Shown in pieces: positions 31,530-42,110 of a stretch of 64,000 nt of DNA. The stretch is from Myxococcota bacterium (GTDB taxonomy: Bacteria > Myxococcota_A > SURF-8 > G963663525). The stretch's first letter is position 1. Every line of letters begins with the position of its first letter. The DNA lies in the NCBI GenBank assembly GCA_963676915.2, contig CAXXVK010000062.1, positions 72,342 through 136,341 on the forward strand. The letters run 5' to 3'. The notes below the pieces were generated by a model that had not been told where the DNA came from, searched no databases, and saw nothing but the letters and a program-made list of their open reading frames with translations. The translations under genes and the position numbers were made by a program.

Positions 31530-31725
31530 AATCATAGAAGGAGTTTTCAAAAAGTTGTTGTCTTAAAAACCATCCTACCTAAGCAACAAATTCCTTTGGA
31601 TGCTCCTTGCAACATCCTTCAGGAGACATCCCTCCTTGAAAAATTCGAAATAAGGCAAATACTATAGGAATCATAGCGAGTTTCGTACAGTATAGGCCGT
31701 ATTCCCTTTTCCTTGGAGTAGCTCG

Positions 31726-34444
31726 ATGGCAACACCGATCCAAGATTCCTTTCATACCCTGACGCCGCTTTCCACCTCGGAAGGCACGCACCACTTTTTC
31801 AACCTGCAACGCCTGACCGAAGAAGGTTTGGGCGATGTCGACCGCTTTCCGTACTCGATCAAAGTCCTGGTCGAATCCGTTCTTCGTGGCGAAAACGGCA
31901 GAGAAATCACCCGTGAGGACGTTGTCCGTATCGCGGCTTACGATCCCGCCGACCCGGGAACGAAGGAAATCCCCTTCAGTCCTGCCCGAGTGCTGTTGCA
32001 GGATTTTACGGGTGTTCCGGCTGTGGTCGATCTGGCCGCCATGCGAAATGCCATGTCTCGTGCCGGTGGCGATCCCCAGCGAATCAATCCCCTCGTACCG
32101 GTTGATCTGGTCATCGACCACTCGGTCCAGGTGGATGCCTTTCGCGACCCGTCGGCGATTATCTTCAATCAAAACAAGGAGATGGAGCGCAATCAAGAGC
32201 GCTACCGCTTCCTTCGATGGGGGCAACAGGCATTCGATAATTTCGGCGTGGTGCCGCCGGGCAACGGCATTGTGCATCAGGTCAATCTCGAATATCTCGC
32301 CCGAGTGGTTCGAAAAGAGACGCGAGATACGCAAACGTTGCTGTTCTCGGATTCTCTTGTCGGGACCGACTCCCACACAACGATGATCAACGGTCTGGGC
32401 GTGCTGGGTTGGGGAGTGGGTGGTATCGAAGCCGAAGCGGTAATGCTGGGTCAACCCTACTACATGACTCCGCCAAAAGTCGTCGGATTGCGCCTGTCGG
32501 GACAACTGCCCGAGGGGGCGACCGCTACAGACCTTGTGCTGGCTGTTACCCAGGTCTTGCGTCACCATGGCGTTGTGGGGCAATTCGTCGAATTCTTCGG
32601 ACCGGGACTGAAAAACCTGTCTCTTCCGGATCGGGCAACGCTTGCCAACATGGCGCCGGAATATGGTGCGACGGTAGGCTTTTTCCCGGTGGATGACGAA
32701 ACGCTTCGTTACCTGGAGTTGTCCGGGCGTTCGAAAGAACAGATCGAGATGATTGAAGCCTATACCAAAGCTCAGGGCTTGTTTGCCTCCGACGATCGCC
32801 CCGAACCTATCTACGGGAAACGCTGGACTTCGATCTCGGAAGCGTCGAGCCGTCGTTGGCCGGTCCCAAACGGCCACAGGATCGGATCCCGGTTTCTCGT
32901 CTGCAAAGCGACTGGAAAACGTTGCTGGAAGCGCCGCAAGGAAAACGGGGATTCGAGCTTGGCAAGGAAGATCTGGGACGAGAAGCGAATGTTGTGTGGG
33001 AGGATGGTCAGGAGGAGACGGTCCGCCACGGTTCGGTGGTGATTGCCGCGATTACGAGTTGCACGAACACAAGCAACCCTTCGGTGATGATCGCCGCCGG
33101 TCTTGTCGCGAAAAAGGCAGTGGAGCGCGGGTTGACGGTTCGTAAGCATGTCAAAACAAGTCTCGCGCCGGGTTCGAAAGTCGTGACCGAATACCTGAAC
33201 CGAAGCGGCCTGACATCCTACCTCGACACGTTAGGGTTCAATCTCGTTGGATATGGCTGCACGACCTGTATCGGCAACAGCGGACCGCTGCCCGAACCGG
33301 TAACCAAAGCCATTCGGGACGGTGAACTTGTGGCGGCGAGCGTGCTTTCGGGCAATCGCAATTTCGAAGGTCGAGTGCATCAGCATGTCAAGGCCAACTT
33401 CCTGGCTTCTCCTCCGCTCGTGGTGGCTTATGCACTGGCGGGAACGGTGGATCTCGACCTCTCGACGCAGCCTATCGGCAAAGATCGCGACGGCTCGCCC
33501 GTGTACCTGAAAGACCTCTGGCCCTCCAATGAAGAGATCCGGGCTGTTGTTGCGGACGCGCTTCGTCCCGAGCTTTTCCTTAGTGAATACAAGAACATAG
33601 AAGAAGGAAACGCCGAGTGGAACGGCATTGCCGTCGAAAGCGGCAACCTCTACCCTTGGGATGTGGAGAGCACCTACATTCGGGAGCCTCCGTTTTTTGC
33701 GACCTTTCGAGCAAGGAACCGGGCTTGTCTTCCATCGAAAACGCCCGGTTGCTGGTGGCTGTCGGGGACAGCACGACGACCGACCACATCAGCCCGGCCG
33801 GTGCGATCAAGGCCGATAGCCCCGCTGGAAAATATCTGGTGGAGAAAGGGATTTTTCAAGAGAATTTCAACTCTTACGGAAGTCGTAGAGGGAATGATGA
33901 AGTCATGACGCGGGGGACGTTTGCCAACGTCCGTTTGAAAAACCGATTGGCTCCCGGCACCGAAGGAGGATGGACCACACACTTCCCCACCGGTGAGGTG
34001 GTATCGATCTTCGAAGCGGCTCAACGTTATCGAAAAGAACGCACGTCGCTGCTCGTCATTGCCGGAAAAGATTACGGCATGGGGTCCAGTCGCGATTGGG
34101 CGGCGAAGGGGACGTATCTTCTTGGAATCAAAGCGGTTATCGCGCAATCCTTCGAGAGAATTCACCGCTCCAACCTGGTCGGAATGGGCGTTTTGCCGCT
34201 GGTGTTCGAGGCGGGCGATTCCTTCGAAAGTCTCGGTCTGAAGGGAGACGAACGTTTCCGGCTGGAGGTGCCCGAGACGCTGACGCCGGGGCAGTCTCTT
34301 ACGGTGGAAGCTACGGGAGAGGATGGAATTCCTAAACGATTCCAGGTGGTTTGCCGTCTGGATACCGAAGTTGAAATCGACTATTACCGCAACGGCGGTA
34401 TTCTTCATACGGTGCTGCGGCGAATGATTGCCGAAAGCTGCTGA
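31726..34444 (+). CDS. acnA: aconitate hydratase A, split by two single-base frameshifts (~32817, ~33697)
   Basis: [64 protein letters not shown] across three consecutive ORFs. Confidence 0.95.
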
Positions 34445-34459
34445 CGAGGATCGAAAAGC

Positions 34460-34559
34460 CGGGCACAATGTGACGAAACACGGGGATTTTGTGACGAAAC
34501 ACGGGCACAATGTTCCTCGTTTTCGTCACATTGTGACGATTTTCAGCCCATTGTGACGG
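34460..34559. repeat. 21-bp-periodic repeats with a TGTGACG core
   Basis: TGTGACG at 34469, 34490, 34532, 34552; degenerate copy at 34511; inverted copy at 34524. Confidence 0.8.
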
Positions 34560-34609
34560 TGTTTTGCCGGTCTAAAAGCATTTTAAATGGAGAACCTGAT
34601 TCTTTTCTT

Positions 34610-34638
34610 TTGACAGCCTCGTTTCGCATCCTTACACT
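34610..34638 (+). promoter_or_regulatory. putative sigma-70 promoter of pfk
   Basis: TTGACA-N17-TACACT. Confidence 0.7.
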
Positions 34639-34725
34639 AAGACGGAAAATGATGCCGGGGGATAATTCACTTCAACAGGTGGAGAGGTGGGTTTTTTCTA
34701 TATTTTATTGGAAGGTAATGAAATC

Positions 34726-36010
34726 ATGACCAACAAGAAAAAGACGACCGAACCGTCCGAGAAGAAAGATCTGCTCAGTGATATTCGAAAATTCCGCTCG
34801 ATCGGACAAAAGCGTGTGGGAATGCTGTTTTCCGGTGGTCCCGCTCCGGGTGCCAATGCGGTGATCGCTACGGCGACGATCCAATTTCTCAACGACGGCT
34901 GGGAAGTCATCGGCTTTTATAAAGGATACGAAAACCTTGCCCAATTCGACCGCGAGAAACCGCGTCTGTTCAAGGAAGGCGAGCACTTCGTACGGTTGAA
35001 TTACGATCACGTCACGAAGATCCGCCAGTTGGGTGGCTGCCTGTTGAAGACGGCCCGCACCAATCCTTCCAAAGTAAGCGGCAAGGAAATCAAGAAAATG
35101 GAGCACCTCGCCGATCCCGCCCACACCGGGGATCTGTACAAAGTGCTCGATGCCATGGAATATCTGGGCATTCAGGCGCTGGTATCCATCGGTGGTGACG
35201 ACACGCTGAAGACCGCGTACTATCTCAGCCTGCTGGGTGTTCCCACGGTGCACGTTCCAAAAACCATCGACAACGACTACTTCGGTATTCCGTGGACTTT
35301 CGGGTATTTTACAGCCATCGAGCGTGCCCGTCAGGAAATCAAGGTTTACAACCAGGAAGCCTACACCACCGACTGCTATTTCGTGCTCGAACTGATGGGT
35401 CGCAAGGCCGGTTGGTATACGCTGGGAGCGGGTATCGCGGGTGAGGCGGTGCGAATGATCGGCCCGGAGGATTACGATTCCGGCTTCGATCTCGACGAGT
35501 TGGTCAACGATCTGCTGAATATGATCGAAACCCGCAAGAAAAACGGCAAGAACTATGGTGTCATTACGGTGTCCGAAGGTCTGGCCGACAAGCTGCCCGA
35601 CGACATGAAGGCCGGAACGGTAGACGAGCACGGCAACCTGAAACTTTCGGAATCGAAGATCGGCGAAATTTTGGGGAAAACGCCTCAAAGAAGGCTACCT
35701 GAAACGTTTTGGACACAAACTCACGGTCAAAAGCGAAACCATCGGGTACACCACCCGCTGCACCGAGCCGTCCGCCTTTGACGTGCTGTTGGGTTCCCAG
35801 TTGGGAATGGGCGCGTTCCGCTTCATCAAAGACGGCAAGAACGCCCACATGGTCAGTGTTGGGGATAACCTCGAAATCCACGACGTTCCGTTCCCGGAAC
35901 TGATCGACCCCAAAACCTTCAAAACCAAACTACGCTTCGTCCCACGGGAAGGCGATTTCTACAAGCTGGCAAAATCCCTGGAGTATCGGGCGGTTTCTAG
36001 CGAAGGCTGA
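34726..36010 (+). CDS. 6-phosphofructokinase family protein, PPi-type signature, with a +1 frameshift near 35678
   Basis: SGGPAPGAN, SIGGDDT, PKTIDND, ELMGR; removing one base in GGGGAAAA joins ...IGYTTRC...FDVLLGSQLG to the stop at 36010. Confidence 0.88.
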
Positions 36011-36033
36011 AAATAGGGTAGCCTGACATTTTC

Positions 36034-36073
36034 AACGCCTGAACCGGGAGGCTCCCGGTTCAGGCGTTTTTTT
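36034..36073 (+). terminator. intrinsic terminator after pfk
   Basis: AACGCCTGAACCGGGAG / CTCCCGGTTCAGGCGTT inverted repeat followed by a T-run. Confidence 0.9.
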
Positions 36074-36110
36074 ATTTTCTACTATTTTCAATGTTTTTAA
36101 CAGAAGGAAG

Positions 36111-36171
36111 TTGAGTGATTTTACCTGATAATTTCCGAAAAGACCCCATCTTGCCAGGTAAAATCATTCAA
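36111..36171. repeat. degenerate inverted REP-like pair
   Basis: TTGAGTGATTTTACCTG ... CAGGTAAAATCATTCAA (1 mismatch); arms resemble the REP at 36220. Confidence 0.55.
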
Positions 36172-36219
36172 TCTCCAAATTGACATCAATTCTTTTTCCC
36201 GGATTTATAAGAAGTAGAT

Positions 36220-36244
36220 GTAGGTCGGGTGATTTCACCCGACA
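36220..36244 (+). repeat. GTAG-type REP left of the RAYT
   Basis: GTAG followed by hairpin GTCGGGTGA-TT-TCACCCGAC, then A. Confidence 0.85.
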
Positions 36245-36336
36245 AAACGCAATACGTTGTTTTCATATCGATAAAATGGTTTTCCCCATCGAAAATCTCT
36301 TGGATTTTTGACTGAAAAAAATGTACTCTATCTTGC

Positions 36337-36873
36337 ATGAAAGATCTAAGTCGATTGTATGTTAATGGTGTAACGCATTTCTTTACCGTTGTTACCGATC
36401 AACGACGCCCGATATTATGTGACGCCCCCTTGCGTAGCAATTTGCGAAATGCTTTGCAAAGAGTTCGAATGAATTACCCATTCGAGATTGTAGCTTGGGT
36501 TTTATTGCCGGATCATCTTCATACCATATGGTCTCTGCCTAAAAACGATCCCGACTATTCTACCCGATGGCGACTGGTGAAAGGAATTGTTTCTCATCAG
36601 ATGAAGAGCCGTTTGGATTTGGACAGATGCCGCTCGCAAAGTCAAATTCGGAAAGGGGAAAGCGGGTTATGGCAGCATCGTTTTTTGGAGCACACCATAA
36701 GGGATGAAAATGATTTCTCCCGTCACTTTGATTACATTCATTTCAATCCAATAAAGCATGGTTTGGATGAAAATCCTGATGAATGGAAATGGTCAACGTA
36801 TCACAGATATTTGAAACATGGTTATTACGGAGAACACCGACAATTGTTTGATTCGAATGTTGATGCTGAATGA
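36337..36873 (+). mobile_element. REP-associated tyrosine transposase (RAYT / TnpA-REP, Y1 HUH)
   Basis: FFTVVT, VLLPDHLHTIW (HUH), LWQHRF-EHTIRD, DYIHFNPIKHG (catalytic Tyr), WKWSTYH; flanked by inverted REPs. Confidence 0.93.
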
Positions 36874-36880
36874 AAAGCAA

Positions 36881-36905
36881 TGTCGAGTGAAATCACCCGA
36901 CCTGA
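36881..36905 (-). repeat. inverted REP right of the RAYT
   Basis: TGTCGAGTGAAATCACCCGACCT is the reverse complement of the left REP with 1 internal mismatch; GTAG end altered. Confidence 0.8.
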
Positions 36906-36925
36906 TGTGAGGGAGGAAAGAAATT

Positions 36926-38176
36926 GTGAAAATAACGCGTAAGCACCTTAAAAAGAATCCCATTAAGGCCAGGAAAACAAACCAATGGTTACACACTTTA
37001 AATAGATCTCCCTTTGTAGGACGATTCGCTTCTGCATATCAAGAGCTAAACGACATGTCTAGCGAATGTTTTTGGTGTGGGATAGGAAAGCTGTTTGTCT
37101 TTTTGCTGATTATTGCAGTGTTTTGGGGTGGCTTGCTGTCTAGCAGCTTGAAGATACTTGATTTGTTTGATGTGAAATTACGAGTTGATGACGATATCAA
37201 AATTGTTGGTAACGCCACTAAATACGGAGATACGTATAGCTATTTTGTTCACGCTGCAAGTACGTGGACAAATACCGGAATAAAATTGAATAACGGCGAG
37301 AGTATCAAAGTTGAAAACATTCTAGGAAAAGTGACTACAGGCTTACCAATTCCCGCAGAGTTTTACGGGCAGCTAAATAGTGTATGTGAATATGAGGGGC
37401 TAATTGCGGATCTAGACGCTTGTGAAAAATTTAGAGAATGCAGGAATAAACAATTCAAAGAAAATTTAAAAGAGGCGTGTGATGATAAAAGAAAGCATTG
37501 CATGATTGCATATGACGTAGTTTGCAAAGGTTTTAGTTTGATCGAAATTCTTGAAAATTACGACTATTCTATTTCTTCTCAGACCAATCAATATTGTGAC
37601 GAAAAGAGATGTTACACATTAGAAAATCAACAACTTAGCAACGAGAAAAAACAAGAAAAATGTGGCGAGGCGTACTATAAGAATTACTATCCTGATGATT
37701 ACGAAAAAATCATTCAATTTCCTCTTAAGAGTCTAGGATTAAGTTGTTCTCAAATAAACGTAGTATCTAGATTTTTTTCACGTTATGCACGGCATAACTT
37801 TGTAGACTGGCATGGTCAAAAAGAGGAAAGTTACGTAGATAAAGATCGAGAACGACCTTTGCCGCAGTTGCCAGACTCGAAGGAATACTATGGTAAATTC
37901 GGGAAAAAATTTCCTCATTACTCTATTGATACGAATATGGTGGAAAAGAGTTATCCACATGGAGCTCTCCTTATAGGATATACTGAGGATAGAGAAGATG
38001 AGTGTTGCAAAAAAATGCTAAAGTCAAAAAGACTAAAACAAGTAAAAAATAATAAAATTTACGATCTGCCCAAGGAATTATCAACTGGAGGATATATTTG
38101 CTTTGTAGTAAACGATGTAGATCAATTTCGAGGGAGTAACATAGGATTTTTCCAAATTCTTTTTCGAAAAAAGTAG
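36926..38176 (+). CDS. AT-rich membrane-anchored Cys-rich protein, unknown function
   Basis: 416-aa ORF, one TM segment, many Cys; GGGAGG upstream of GTG. Confidence 0.65.
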   Translation: MKITRKHLKKNPIKARKTNQWLHTLNRSPFVGRFASAYQELNDMSSECFWCGIGKLFVFLLIIAVFWGGLLSSSLKILDLFDVKLRVDDDIKIVGNATKYGDTYSYFVHAASTWTNTGIKLNNGESIKVENILGKVTTGLPIPAEFYGQLNSVCEYEGLIADLDACEKFRECRNKQFKENLKEACDDKRKHCMIAYDVVCKGFSLIEILENYDYSISSQTNQYCDEKRCYTLENQQLSNEKKQEKCGEAYYKNYYPDDYEKIIQFPLKSLGLSCSQINVVSRFFSRYARHNFVDWHGQKEESYVDKDRERPLPQLPDSKEYYGKFGKKFPHYSIDTNMVEKSYPHGALLIGYTEDREDECCKKMLKSKRLKQVKNNKIYDLPKELSTGGYICFVVNDVDQFRGSNIGFFQILFRKK

Positions 38177-38220
38177 ATTCTGGTTTGTGATTGCCTGAAT
38201 AAATCAACATCATCTGAGAT

Positions 38221-38290
38221 GGAGTGCGATTGTATCGTGCTCCACATGTTTTGGATTGAAAACCCCTTCGAGCAGGATGCAATCCTGCTC
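38221..38290. repeat. REP-like palindrome doublet, family B
   Basis: GGAGTGCGATTGTATCGTGCTCC ... GAGCAGGATGCAATCCTGCTC; same layout as 23243-23315. Confidence 0.6.
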
Positions 38291-38359
38291 GATCTCTTGC
38301 AAACGATGAGATAGCCCGACTCGTGGTATTTTTATTCTAAGGTTCCCTGCCCTACTCTC

Positions 38360-39826
38360 CTATTCGTAGAAGCATTGGTAGGTGTAATCCACGCAAGAAT
38401 CCACGACTCCATCGCAATCGTTGTCGTTGGATTCTTTCAGCACGTTCCCCAGTTCGTCGAGGGTATATGTTTTGCAACTGTTCGGCGTTTCGTCGTCGCA
38501 ATCGCTGTCGTTCTGTTCGGTCAACCGATTGCCCTTGTCGTCGTAGGTGTAGGACCGGCAACTCTCATCCGGTGTGCCATCGCAATCGGGGTCAAGGGAA
38601 TAGCTCAACTCGTTGCCCTGAACATCGTATGCGTAGGACGCGCAATTTGCATCCGGCGTGCCATCGCAATCGTCGTCATTGGAATAACTCAGTGGGTTTC
38701 CTGAGTCATTGTACGCAGAATTATTGCAAGTTTCCGGCGTACCGTCGCAATCGCTGTCATGGGAATAGCTCGTCCGGCATCCAAGATCATCGTAGGTGTA
38801 GGTCTTGCAATGGTCGTCCGGCGTGCCATCGCAGTCGCTATCCAACGTCTCCGTCAACTCATTCCCCTGGTCGTCGTACGTGTTGGTGTAACATGAATCC
38901 GGTGTACCGTCGCAATCGTCGTCAAGCTGTTTCGTCAACTCATTCCCCATGTCGTCATAGGTAAAGGTTTGGCAATTGTTCGGTGTCCCGTCGCAGTTGC
39001 TGTCCACCTTTCTCGTCAATTTATTCCCCATGTCGTCGTAGGTATTGGTCAGGCAATTATCCGGTGAGCCGTCGCAGTCGAAATCATAGAAATCCGTCAG
39101 CATGTTCCCCTGATCGTCGAACGTTTTAGTATCGCACAAACGATCCGGGGTGCCGTCGCAATCGTTGTCTGTTTGTGTCGTCAATTGATTCCCCAAGGTG
39201 TTGTACGTATTGGTTACGCAACCTATATCGAAGGTGCCATCGCAATCGCTGTCCTGTTTAATTGTCAATTGGTTTCCTTGAGTGTCGTACGTATACGTGT
39301 AGCAATTTCTATCCGGCACGCCATCGCCATCGACATCCAATTGAACGGTCAGTATGTTCCCATTGTCATCGTAGGTAAAGGAATGACAAACATCCGTCAC
39401 TCCGTCGCAATCGTTGTCAACTTCCGCGGTCAGTTTATTGCCATTTTCATCGTAGGAAAGACTTTGGCAAGTTTCCGGCGTTCCGTCGCATTCCACATCC
39501 GAACCGCTTGTCAGTATCAAACAGTACTGCTCCGGCACACTTTCCTCTTCTGCCTCGGCAACGTCTTCCTCGGTTTCTTCCTCATCGCCATCGGCAAGGT
39601 CTTCTTCGGCATCGACGAGATCTTCCTCTGCCTCCACGATGTCTTCCTCGGTTGTCGTATCGCCATCAGCAAGAACTTCTTCCCATGCGTCATCCTCGAC
39701 CTCATCGATATCGGCCTCTGGGTTCTCCTGCGTGTTGTTTTTGTCGTCGCTGCATCCGATATTCAATCCCAGACACAGAACCAAGACGAGTACGAATGTA
39801 CTACCAAGAATAACCTTCCGTTTCAT
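38360..39826 (-). CDS. lipoprotein with 13 tandem Cys-containing YD-like repeats
   Basis: Lipobox NIGC, Asp/Glu-rich linker, repeat C-x-T-x-T-Y-D-x-x-G-N-x-L-T-x3-D-x-D-C-D-G-T-P-D. Confidence 0.85.
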   Translation of the reverse strand: MKRKVILGSTFVLVLVLCLGLNIGCSDDKNNTQENPEADIDEVEDDAWEEVLADGDTTTEEDIVEAEEDLVDAEEDLADGDEEETEEDVAEAEEESVPEQYCLILTSGSDVECDGTPETCQSLSYDENGNKLTAEVDNDCDGVTDVCHSFTYDDNGNILTVQLDVDGDGVPDRNCYTYTYDTQGNQLTIKQDSDCDGTFDIGCVTNTYNTLGNQLTTQTDNDCDGTPDRLCDTKTFDDQGNMLTDFYDFDCDGSPDNCLTNTYDDMGNKLTRKVDSNCDGTPNNCQTFTYDDMGNELTKQLDDDCDGTPDSCYTNTYDDQGNELTETLDSDCDGTPDDHCKTYTYDDLGCRTSYSHDSDCDGTPETCNNSAYNDSGNPLSYSNDDDCDGTPDANCASYAYDVQGNELSYSLDPDCDGTPDESCRSYTYDDKGNRLTEQNDSDCDDETPNSCKTYTLDELGNVLKESNDNDCDGVVDSCVDYTYQCFYE

Positions 39827-40063
39827 GGCGCAACCTTTCTGGCTCCTACCGGTAGAAAAAGGGAAATATGATGATGATCTATGTGAAACGATATTAATTA
39901 TATGCTATTTGGTCTATTACGTCAATTGCATGGGTGCAAGCAAGCACAGGATCGTTGTTGAAAAACGACGACAAAGCTCCGTACAGTGAGTCCAAGCCCA
40001 CATTTCATTCTCAGAACGATTGATTTTTCCAGAATCGATACCAGTTTTAGTTGTAGCTAACTT

Positions 40064-41236
40064 ATGGTGAGTACCTGTCGTTCGACTGCTCATCAGTCTA
40101 TCGTCAATGGCATGTACGAGAAGGAAGGCAGTGCAACTATGAAGAGGATAACTCCGGCGAATCAGTTTCCATCGCCCCGGTCGATTCAAATAATTTTTAC
40201 GATGATTGCGGTAATTTTGATGGTTACGGCTTGTGCGACCGATGGTTCGTTTCGTGGCTCTGACAGCGCTCAATCCCAAGCCAAGGCGCTCGGTCCGTCC
40301 GAAGGATACGATGCACGTCTTCGTAATTTTAGCTACCCGTATGAAACCAAGACCTTTGTCGTGACTTCCCAGGGACAGAGCCTGGACATAGTTTATATGG
40401 ACGTTCGCCCAAAACCGGAATCTAGCAATGGTCAAGCGGTGCTGCTGCTCCACGGAAAAAATTTCTCCGGTGCTTATTGGGCCAACAGCGTTGCTCCGCT
40501 TGTCGATCTGGGCTATCGTGTGGTGGTGCCGGATCAGATCGGCTTTGGCAAATCCAGCAAGCCGGAGAACTTTCAGTACTCTTTCCATGGCATGGCTTCA
40601 AACACAGCCGATCTGCTCGCATCCCTGGGAATCGAAAACGTTCATGTGGTCGGTCATTCCATGGGGGGCATGGTTGCGGCTCGCTTTGCTCTGATGTTTC
40701 CCGAACGCACGGCTTCCTTGATCCTGGTCAATCCCATCGGACTCGAAGACTGGAAGCGGAAGGTTCCCTATCGTCCGGTAGACTGGTGGTTCGATCAGGA
40801 ACTTAAAAAGACGCCGGACAAAGTACGAGCCTATATGACGGCCAGCTATTTCGATGGCGTGTGGAAACCTGAGTACGAGCCTCTGGTTGACTTGCAGATC
40901 GGTTGGATCAAGGGGCCGGACTATCGGCAAATCGCCAAAAACTCGGCACTGACTTACGAAATGATTTTCACCCAACCTGTGGTCTATGAATTCAATCTGA
41001 TCCAGGTGCCGACACTGCTGATTATCGGTGATCGCGACCGTACCGCGCTTGGCAAGAATCTCGTTTCGGACGAGGTCCGTGCCACTCTCGGGCTTTATGG
41101 CGACCTGGCGAAAAAGACACAAGCCGCCATTCCGGGAGCACGGCTTGTGTTGCTACCCGGCGTCGGTCACATTCCTCAGTATGAAGCTTATGAAAAATAC
41201 ATTCACGCATTGACCGGTTTTCTTGACGGGCAATAA
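40064..41236 (+). CDS. alpha/beta hydrolase lipoprotein (start probably downstream)
   Basis: [27 protein letters not shown]; lipobox VTAC. Confidence 0.9.
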   Translation: MVSTCRSTAHQSIVNGMYEKEGSATMKRITPANQFPSPRSIQIIFTMIAVILMVTACATDGSFRGSDSAQSQAKALGPSEGYDARLRNFSYPYETKTFVVTSQGQSLDIVYMDVRPKPESSNGQAVLLLHGKNFSGAYWANSVAPLVDLGYRVVVPDQIGFGKSSKPENFQYSFHGMASNTADLLASLGIENVHVVGHSMGGMVAARFALMFPERTASLILVNPIGLEDWKRKVPYRPVDWWFDQELKKTPDKVRAYMTASYFDGVWKPEYEPLVDLQIGWIKGPDYRQIAKNSALTYEMIFTQPVVYEFNLIQVPTLLIIGDRDRTALGKNLVSDEVRATLGLYGDLAKKTQAAIPGARLVLLPGVGHIPQYEAYEKYIHALTGFLDGQ

Positions 41237-41387
41237 AACTTGTCCGGTCGTGTAGAGTTTATCCGGAATTTTCTATACTAAAGCTTCACAATGATTGTTA
41301 GATTTGTGTTAAACTATGCATATGTTCGCTCTTGATGCGAACCCAATGAGATTTCGTTTGTTTCCCTCTACTAGAAACGGCAATCCC

Positions 41388-41864
41388 ATGAATGCAACCG
41401 TTATGAAGCAAGTCATTGAAATCCTTGAAAAACTGAAAAACATCGAGTTGGCTCTGGCTGAATTTTATGAAGCCTGTTCCGTGGCTTTTAGCGAACAGGA
41501 GACATTTTTTCATGCCCTGAAAAAAGAAGAAAATAAACACGCTGTACTGATATCAGAGTTGATCGATGTCGTGCGAAACGGCAAGCTCGAAGGCGTTCCG
41601 GGACGTTTCAAAATGCCCGCGCTGAACGTGTATCTCGATGGAATTCGAGCTTCCATTGAAAAAGTGAACTCAGGTAAACTTTCTCTTATACAGGTTTTGA
41701 CATTGTCGATGAATTACGAGAAATCCATCGTCGAAAAGAAGTTTTTCGAAGCGATTCAAAGCACTTCCTCCCAATACGATTCGGTGAAAATGCTCCTTGG
41801 CATGGAAACCAAAGAGCACTGCCGACGAATCGCCGATTGTCTTGAAGAGTTGAAAAAAGCTTGA
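41388..41864 (+). CDS. ferritin/rubrerythrin-like four-helix protein
   Basis: IELALAEFY, EENKH and ETKEH ExxH motifs. Confidence 0.65.
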   Translation: MNATVMKQVIEILEKLKNIELALAEFYEACSVAFSEQETFFHALKKEENKHAVLISELIDVVRNGKLEGVPGRFKMPALNVYLDGIRASIEKVNSGKLSLIQVLTLSMNYEKSIVEKKFFEAIQSTSSQYDSVKMLLGMETKEHCRRIADCLEELKKA

Positions 41865-41988
41865 TGACAAAAAATCGTCAAGATACGTTGAAAACCACCT
41901 CTAAATCAAAACACCTGATCCGTTATCCTCTAATTCTGTTTTTCCTGCAATAATGTGACAACCGAAGCTGTGGAAAAATAAACAAATC

Positions 41989-42017
41989 TTGCTTTCCCGC
42001 CACGCTGTGGATACATT
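41989..42017 (+). promoter_or_regulatory. putative sigma-70 promoter
   Basis: TTGCTT-N17-TACATT upstream of the 42111 gene. Confidence 0.4.
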
Positions 42018-42110
42018 GGTTCCAAAGGTTCTAACAGCGGAATTTGCCAACTGAATTCACAGGACGAAGACGATCGAAATCTTCTCGAACAGTCCGAGGA
42101 AAGGTGGGTC

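Noticed and set aside
34460-34560. CRP/FNR binding sites
   Set aside because: TGTGA half-sites are mostly direct repeats and lack the TGTGA-N6-TCACA arrangement.
31726-36010. Programmed frameshifting or true split genes in acnA and pfk
   Set aside because: Indels fall at homopolymers, go in both directions and affect several unrelated genes; sequencing error is simpler.
38360-39826. Parent RHS gene for the orphan toxin tip
   Set aside because: It has YD-like repeats but no RHS core DPxG terminus, and it is a short lipoprotein.
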